22,562 nt of DNA from NCBI GenBank assembly GCA_031409335.1, contig JANNWY010000072.1:1-22562 (forward strand), given 5' to 3'. The translations under genes and the position numbers were made by a program. This stretch comes from Chthoniobacteraceae bacterium (GTDB lineage Bacteria; Verrucomicrobiota; Verrucomicrobiia; Chthoniobacterales; Chthoniobacteraceae). The notes under the pieces are model-generated. The model did no database searches. It saw only the letters and a list, made by a program, of their open reading frames with translations, and had not been told where the DNA came from. Numbering within the stretch: position 1 is the stretch's first letter; each line of letters begins with the position of its first letter. Below are positions 18,112-22,562 of this stretch, piece by piece.

Positions 18112-18210
18112 GCGGAAAGCGGAAAGCGGAGTGCGGAAAGCAAGCCCGTGAGCAGCGCGCACCGACCTCGCGCAGGAAAACCTCTCCGCAATCGCCACTC
18201 CGCTCTCCGC
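18112..18210. repeat. Intragenic inverted heptamer element, (GCGGAAA)n ... (TCTCCGC)n, 4+4 units
   Basis: GCGGAAA GCGGAAA GCGGAGT GCGGAAA (18112-18139) and TCTCCGC AATCGCC ACTCCGC TCTCCGC (18183-18210). It lies in the kinase activation-loop region. Confidence 0.85.
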
Positions 18211-18432
18211 ATTTTCGACGATGGACGGCTCGATCATGGGCACGCCGCACTACATGAGCCCCGAGCAGGCCGCGGGCGAAATCGAAACGCTCGACGCCCG
18301 CAGCGACATTTTCGCGCTCGGCATCATCCTCTACGAAATCCTCACCCTCGAACGTCCCTTCAACGGTCGCACCGCCGCCGAGGTCGTGGCCAAAGTGAGC
18401 GAGGGAGATTTCATCCCGCCCGCCGAGCAGGT

Positions 18433-18504
18433 GCGGAATGCGGAAAGAATCCCAATCCCGCGAGCCGTCCGACACCTCCCCGCAATCCGCAATCCGCTTT
18501 CCGC
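18433..18504. repeat. Intragenic inverted heptamer element, (GCGGAAW)2 ... (AATCCGC-like)4
   Basis: GCGGAAT GCGGAAA (18433-18446) and TCCCCGC AATCCGC AATCCGC TTTCCGC (18477-18504). Confidence 0.85.
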
Positions 18505-20037
18505 ATTTGCCGAACGGCCAAGTCCCCGAATCGCTCGACGCCATCGTGCGCAAAGCGATGGCGCACGATCCTGCCGCGCGCTACCCGAGCGTCCCCGCCC
18601 TGCAAGCCGACCTTACCGCCTGCCAAAACGGCTTCGCCACGGGCGCGGAACGCGCAGGCGCATGGAAGCAGCTAAAACTGCTCATCAAACGAAACAAAGC
18701 CGCCAGTATCGGCGCAGCCGCCGTGCTCCTCGTCGGCACAGTCTTCGGCACGAGCACAATCGTCCAAGGCCGCCGAGCCACCGCCGCCCTCGCCGATTTG
18801 AAGAAGACCGCACCGGCGCTTCGCGACCTCGCCGAGACGCAGGCGCGAACACAAAATTTCAAATCCGCGCTACGCAATCTCGACGCCGCTCTCGAACTTG
18901 ATCGCGACTTACCCGATGCAAGATGGCGTCGCGCGTGGTTGCTGCTCTGCATGGAGCAGTGGAGCGCCGCCGCCGAAGCCGTCCGCCGCGCAAAACGGCT
19001 CGACCCAGCAAACACTTCGTTTGCCGCCATCCTCCCCGTTGTCGAGGAACTTGCTGCCGCTCCCAGCGAAGCCGATCGCTGGAACAGCGACCGCGCCGTC
19101 GCCGTCACCCGACATCTGCAAAACGTCAAAGCTTCCGGGGAACTTTTCGCGCTTTCAAACCGGCTTCAACTCAGCGCCAAGGAAAAGGGGAGGACCATTC
19201 GCCAGCAACTCGATGATCGGCTGGGGAAGGGTATGGGTAACGTCATCGTGACGAGCGAGGGACTGATCCAAGTCGAAAGCCTGCCAAAAGGGATGAAAAC
19301 CCTCGATCCGTTGGAAGGCTTACCCATTGACCGACTCAATCTTGGGAAGATGAAGTTTCAGAGCTTGGAGCCACTGGCCAAAATGCGCCTACTTTATTTG
19401 GACATCACTGGAATCGGGCCGATCTCTCTTGAGCCACTTCGCAATATGCCGCTCGCATCGGTATACATGGAAGACAGTCCAGACACCGATTTGTCACCAC
19501 TTCAAGGATTGCCGCTGGAGTTTCTAACTGCGCACGGTTGTGGCATCGTCAATCTCACCCCGCTTCAAGGCGCTCGTCTGTGGAAATTAAGCCTCCCTAA
19601 CAATGGCATCTCCGATCTTCGCCCACTCGCGGATTCGCCGACAATTGAGCATCTGGACTTAAACTTAAATCCCGTCGCCAGTCTCTCGCCGTTACATGGC
19701 CTGTTGCGACTGCGTTTCTTGGCGCTCATGGGTAGCCGCATCCCCGATCTCACCCCGCTGCGCGGCACACCGCTTCAAGAGCTTCGTCTCGGCCCTAACT
19801 CTCAACCGCTCGACCTAGCCCCGCTTCTCGGCCTTCATGAACTCAAAAAGCTGAGCGTTGATCGTATGCACAAAAATCTCAATCTCCTCCGCGAGCACCC
19901 GACTCTAGAATTCATCGATTGGGGTGAAGGCTATAAGCACAAGAAGCAATTTTGGGCCGAATACGACGCGCAGCAGAAGGCCGAGGTGAAGTGAGCGGGC
20001 GCTTGTTTTGCCGGAGCATCGGGGCCAACGTCCGGCC

Positions 20038-20259
20038 ATGAGCACGCTCGCTGAGATCGAATCTGCCGTGACCCAATTGCCGCGAAACGACCAGGCCGAG
20101 TTGCTGCGCTTTGTCGCGGCGAATTTGCGCGAGACGGCGGTGGATGATACCGACTACTTGCTGAGTTCGCCGGCCAATCGAGAGCATCTGCTGCAAGCGG
20201 TGGAAGACCTCGCGGCGGGACGCAACACAGCCGAGCCGGATCGGGCGATGTTTCAGTAA
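20038..20259 (+). CDS. Antitoxin with a YefM-like C-terminal toxin-binding segment
   Basis: DTDYLLSSPANREHLLQAVEDLAAGR matches the YefM C-terminus. Lies directly upstream of a YoeB homologue; ATG 20038. Confidence 0.8.
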   Translation: MSTLAEIESAVTQLPRNDQAELLRFVAANLRETAVDDTDYLLSSPANREHLLQAVEDLAAGRNTAEPDRAMFQ

Positions 20260-20513
20260 GGCGGATCGTTTTCCACGCGAAGGCGTTTGCGGATTTCACC
20301 GCGTGGGCGAAAAGCGATCCGGTGTTGTTCGAGCGGATCACGCGGCTCATCACCGAAACCTCGCGCGATCCATTTCACGGGATCGGCAAACCCGAACCGC
20401 TGCGCCATCAACTCAAGGGCTTCTGGTGGCGCCGGATCAATGACGAGCATCGACTGGTTTACCAAGTGGTGGAGGATGCGCTGGTCATCGCCTTGCGCCG
20501 TTTCCACTATTAG
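20256..20513 (+). pseudogene. yoeB: Txe/YoeB-family toxin whose start codon appears lost (GTA)
   Basis: The frame from 20256 reads VRRIVFHAKAFADFTAW...DPFHGIGKPEPLRHQLKGFWWRRINDEHRLVYQV...RFHY, a full-length YoeB. Its first codon is GTA and the first canonical start is 22 codons in. Confidence 0.78.
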
Positions 20514-20536
20514 AGTTAGCGAGCGCAGTGAGCGGC

Positions 20537-20564
20537 TTGCCTTCTCCCGCCTCAACGATAGCTT
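20537..20564 (+). promoter_or_regulatory. Sigma70-like promoter, probably giving a leaderless Uma2 mRNA
   Basis: TTGCCT, 16 nt, TAGCTT, then 6 nt to ATG 20571. No Shine-Dalgarno motif. Confidence 0.5.
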
Positions 20565-20570
20565 CCGGGC

Positions 20571-21119
20571 ATGACCGAACTGCTCGAAGTGCCAGCCATC
20601 CGTCAGCGTGTCGCGCGGCTTTCCGTGGAGGATTATCACCGGCTCGGCGAACTGCCGGTCGAGTTGCTGCGCGGCACCATCATTGAAAAAATGTCCAAGT
20701 CGCCCCTCCACCGTTTTACCTCTGACGAACTCCGGGTCATTCTCGCAGGGCAGATCGCTCCGGAGTTTTGCCTCTTCTACCGGGATCCGATGACCACCGC
20801 AGACTCAGAGCCGGAGCCGGACGTGATGGTGGTGCGGGGATCGCGGACAGAATTTCGCACAACGCACCCAACGACGGCGGAGTTGGTGGTGGAAGTCGCG
20901 GTGACATCGCTGGAGATCGACCGCGCGAAGGCGCTCATCTACGCGGAGGCTGGCGTGAAGGAATACTGGATCGTGTGCCCGGAGGAGAAGCAGGTGGAGG
21001 TTTATCGGGGTGTTGGTCCGCAGGGGTATGCGGAGCGCACGGTGCTGGCGTCGCCAGCGGTGATCGAGTGTGCCGCGCTGCCGGGTGTGCGCGTGGATTT
21101 GGCGGCGTTGTTTGCGTGA
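20571..21119 (+). CDS. Uma2 (DUF820) family putative endonuclease
   Basis: LSVEDYHRL, ELLRGTIIEKM, SEPEPDVMVV, LVVEVA and KALIYAEAGVKEYWIV. Confidence 0.93.
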   Translation: MTELLEVPAIRQRVARLSVEDYHRLGELPVELLRGTIIEKMSKSPLHRFTSDELRVILAGQIAPEFCLFYRDPMTTADSEPEPDVMVVRGSRTEFRTTHPTTAELVVEVAVTSLEIDRAKALIYAEAGVKEYWIVCPEEKQVEVYRGVGPQGYAERTVLASPAVIECAALPGVRVDLAALFA

Positions 21120-21270
21120 GCGGGGCTTTTGGATCGCGGATGGTGAAATCTTGCCGCTGATTTTGGGAGAGGTGGTCGAGATCGGTAGGCGGCGGTTTTC
21201 GGTGTGGGCGGTTGATTGAAAAAATGCGGGCTCGTCTTGGTTGGGGCAAATGGGGAGGTTTCTTTTTCAA

Positions 21271-22389
21271 ATGAATTCGCCGCGATCCGTTGTTGAACTT
21301 GCCCAGGCGCTGGTGCGCATTCCGAGCGTGAATCCGCATGGCGATCCGGGGACGGATGGCGTTGGCGAGAAGCGGGTGGCGGAATGGCTCGTGAAGTTTT
21401 TGCGGGGGATCGGGGCGGTAGTGGAATTGCGCGAAGTGCTGCCGGATCGGCCGAATGTGGTGGCGCGCTGGCCTTCCGATCGAGAGGGGAAACCGCGGGT
21501 GCTTTTTGCGCCGCACACGGACACGGTGAGCGTGGAGGGGATGACGATCGATCCGTTTGGCGGGGAGTTGCGCGACGGGAAAATCTGGGGGCGCGGGGCG
21601 AGCGACACGAAGGGGCCGATGGCGGCGATGCTTTGGGCGCTGCGGGAGATGCGCGATGAACTTCCCCGGCTCGGACACGAGATTTGGTTTGCGGGGCTGA
21701 TGGGCGAGGAGGCGAGTCAGCATGGGTCGCGGGCGCTGGCCGCGGAGGAGCGGTTTGATTTTGTGATCGTGGGTGAGCCGACCGGGCTGGATGTGGTGCA
21801 TACGCACAAAGGTTCGGCGTTTCTTTACCTGACGACGCGCGGTGTCGCGGCGCACGGGGCGCGGCCGGATCTTGGGGTGAATGCGATCGCGAAAATGCTG
21901 GATGTGCTGGCGGTGGTGCAGACGGAGATCGCGGCGGATTTTGCGGCGCAGCGCGATCCGGTGCTGGGGGCGAGCACGCTGAGCATCGGGACGATTCGCG
22001 GCGGGTCGAAGACGAATATCATTCCCGATCTTTGCGAGGTGTCGGTGGATATGCGGCTTGTGCCGGCGCACTATCGGCCGACGATCATCGATGAATTCCG
22101 CGCGCGGCTTCAGCGGGTGTGTCCCGATCTGGAAGTGACCTCCGACCCGGCGCCGCCGCTGCTCACCGATCCATCGCATCCGCTGATCGCGAAGCTCGGT
22201 GAATGCGGTGCGAAGCCGATCGGCGCGCCGTGGTTTTGCGATGCGTGCTTTTTTGCGGAACGCGGGATGCCGTCCGTGGCGGTGGGGCCGGGGTCGATCG
22301 CTCAGGCGCACACGAAGGATGAGTGGATCGCGACCGCGGATTTGGAGAAGGGCGTGGAGTTTTTTGAGGCTTTTTTGAAAAGGCTATAG
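21271..22389 (+). CDS. M20-family metallopeptidase (ArgE/DapE-like deacylase)
   Basis: LVRIPSVNP, HTDTV, GRGASDTKG, GEE, IVGEPT, HKG, NIIPD and GPGSIAQAHTKDEWI. Start ATG 21271. Confidence 0.93.
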   Translation: MNSPRSVVELAQALVRIPSVNPHGDPGTDGVGEKRVAEWLVKFLRGIGAVVELREVLPDRPNVVARWPSDREGKPRVLFAPHTDTVSVEGMTIDPFGGELRDGKIWGRGASDTKGPMAAMLWALREMRDELPRLGHEIWFAGLMGEEASQHGSRALAAEERFDFVIVGEPTGLDVVHTHKGSAFLYLTTRGVAAHGARPDLGVNAIAKMLDVLAVVQTEIAADFAAQRDPVLGASTLSIGTIRGGSKTNIIPDLCEVSVDMRLVPAHYRPTIIDEFRARLQRVCPDLEVTSDPAPPLLTDPSHPLIAKLGECGAKPIGAPWFCDACFFAERGMPSVAVGPGSIAQAHTKDEWIATADLEKGVEFFEAFLKRL

Positions 22390-22421
22390 GACGAATGGGT
22401 CGCATGGGTCGCATGGGACTT
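22386..22421. repeat. Tandem 9-mer repeat
   Basis: ATAGGACGA ATGGGTCGC ATGGGTCGC ATGGGACTT, overlapping the M20 stop codon. Confidence 0.8.
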
Positions 22422-22449
22422 ATACCAGTTCCCTATAGAGAAGATGCCA

Positions 22450-22562
22450 TCAACATTTGGCGCCAGCGTTTACTGAAGCCAGCAGCCAGCCGTGACCGAT
22501 CAGGGAGAGCGCCCGGGTGCCGTCGCTCCAAAACGCTGCGAGCCATTCGGTGAGCGCCTCGC
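22450..22562 (-). CDS. Possible 3' end of a gene entering from the right edge
   Basis: Open frame EALTEWLAAFWSDGTRALSLIGHGWLLASVNAGAKC*; too short to identify. Confidence 0.3.
   Translation of the reverse strand, partial: EALTEWLAAFWSDGTRALSLIGHGWLLASVNAGAKC

Larger units (their letters stand above)
17233..19994 (+). pseudogene. FHA - Ser/Thr kinase - TM - TPR-like - LRR protein, with one nonsense and two frameshift lesions
   Basis: FHA (IGR...VSRQHA...DLASANGT). Kinase ARGGMGAV, VAMK and HRDLTPAN, then TAA at 18064-18066 inside NIMLG*FGEVLVMDWGLAK. GTPHYMSPEQA is in frame 2; the kinase C-lobe, TM and LRRs (DLSPLQGLPL) are in frame 3. Confidence 0.9.

Noticed and set aside
19995..21270. Integron cassette array (TA, Uma2)
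   Set aside because: No paired RYYYAAC/GTTRRRY attC boxes were seen, GTTAGCG after yoeB does not fit the consensus, and there is no integrase.

Overview
High-GC bacterial chromosomal window. The PEP-CTERM gene, FHA-kinase-LRR gene, PQQ-type propeller and scarcity of Shine-Dalgarno motifs suggest a PVC-superphylum organism, probably Verrucomicrobia (inference). Intact genes: a degenerate class III cyclase, a ClpX-like ATPase, trmL, a REC-PAS-PAS kinase with a response regulator, an FMN reductase, a PQQ propeller, tatA-EEP-TlpA, Uma2 and an M20 hydrolase. Accessory material is heavily decayed. (i) A defence island carries vsr, two translationally coupled unknown genes, an intact HNH endonuclease and a Dcm/M.EcoRII-type methyltransferase whose homology stops at the HNH stop codon. 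(ii) Two toxin-antitoxin pairs have a damaged toxin but an intact antitoxin. (iii) There are fragments of Hyi-like, photolyase, DUF1287 and DUF4143-like genes and a multiply broken kinase. The most distinctive non-coding signal is five inverted elements whose arms are tandem 7-mers, using three different heptamer sequences. They lie in intergenic leaders and inside the kinase gene. No rRNA, tRNA, CRISPR array or transposase was recognised. All family assignments come from motif recognition by eye, not from database searches.
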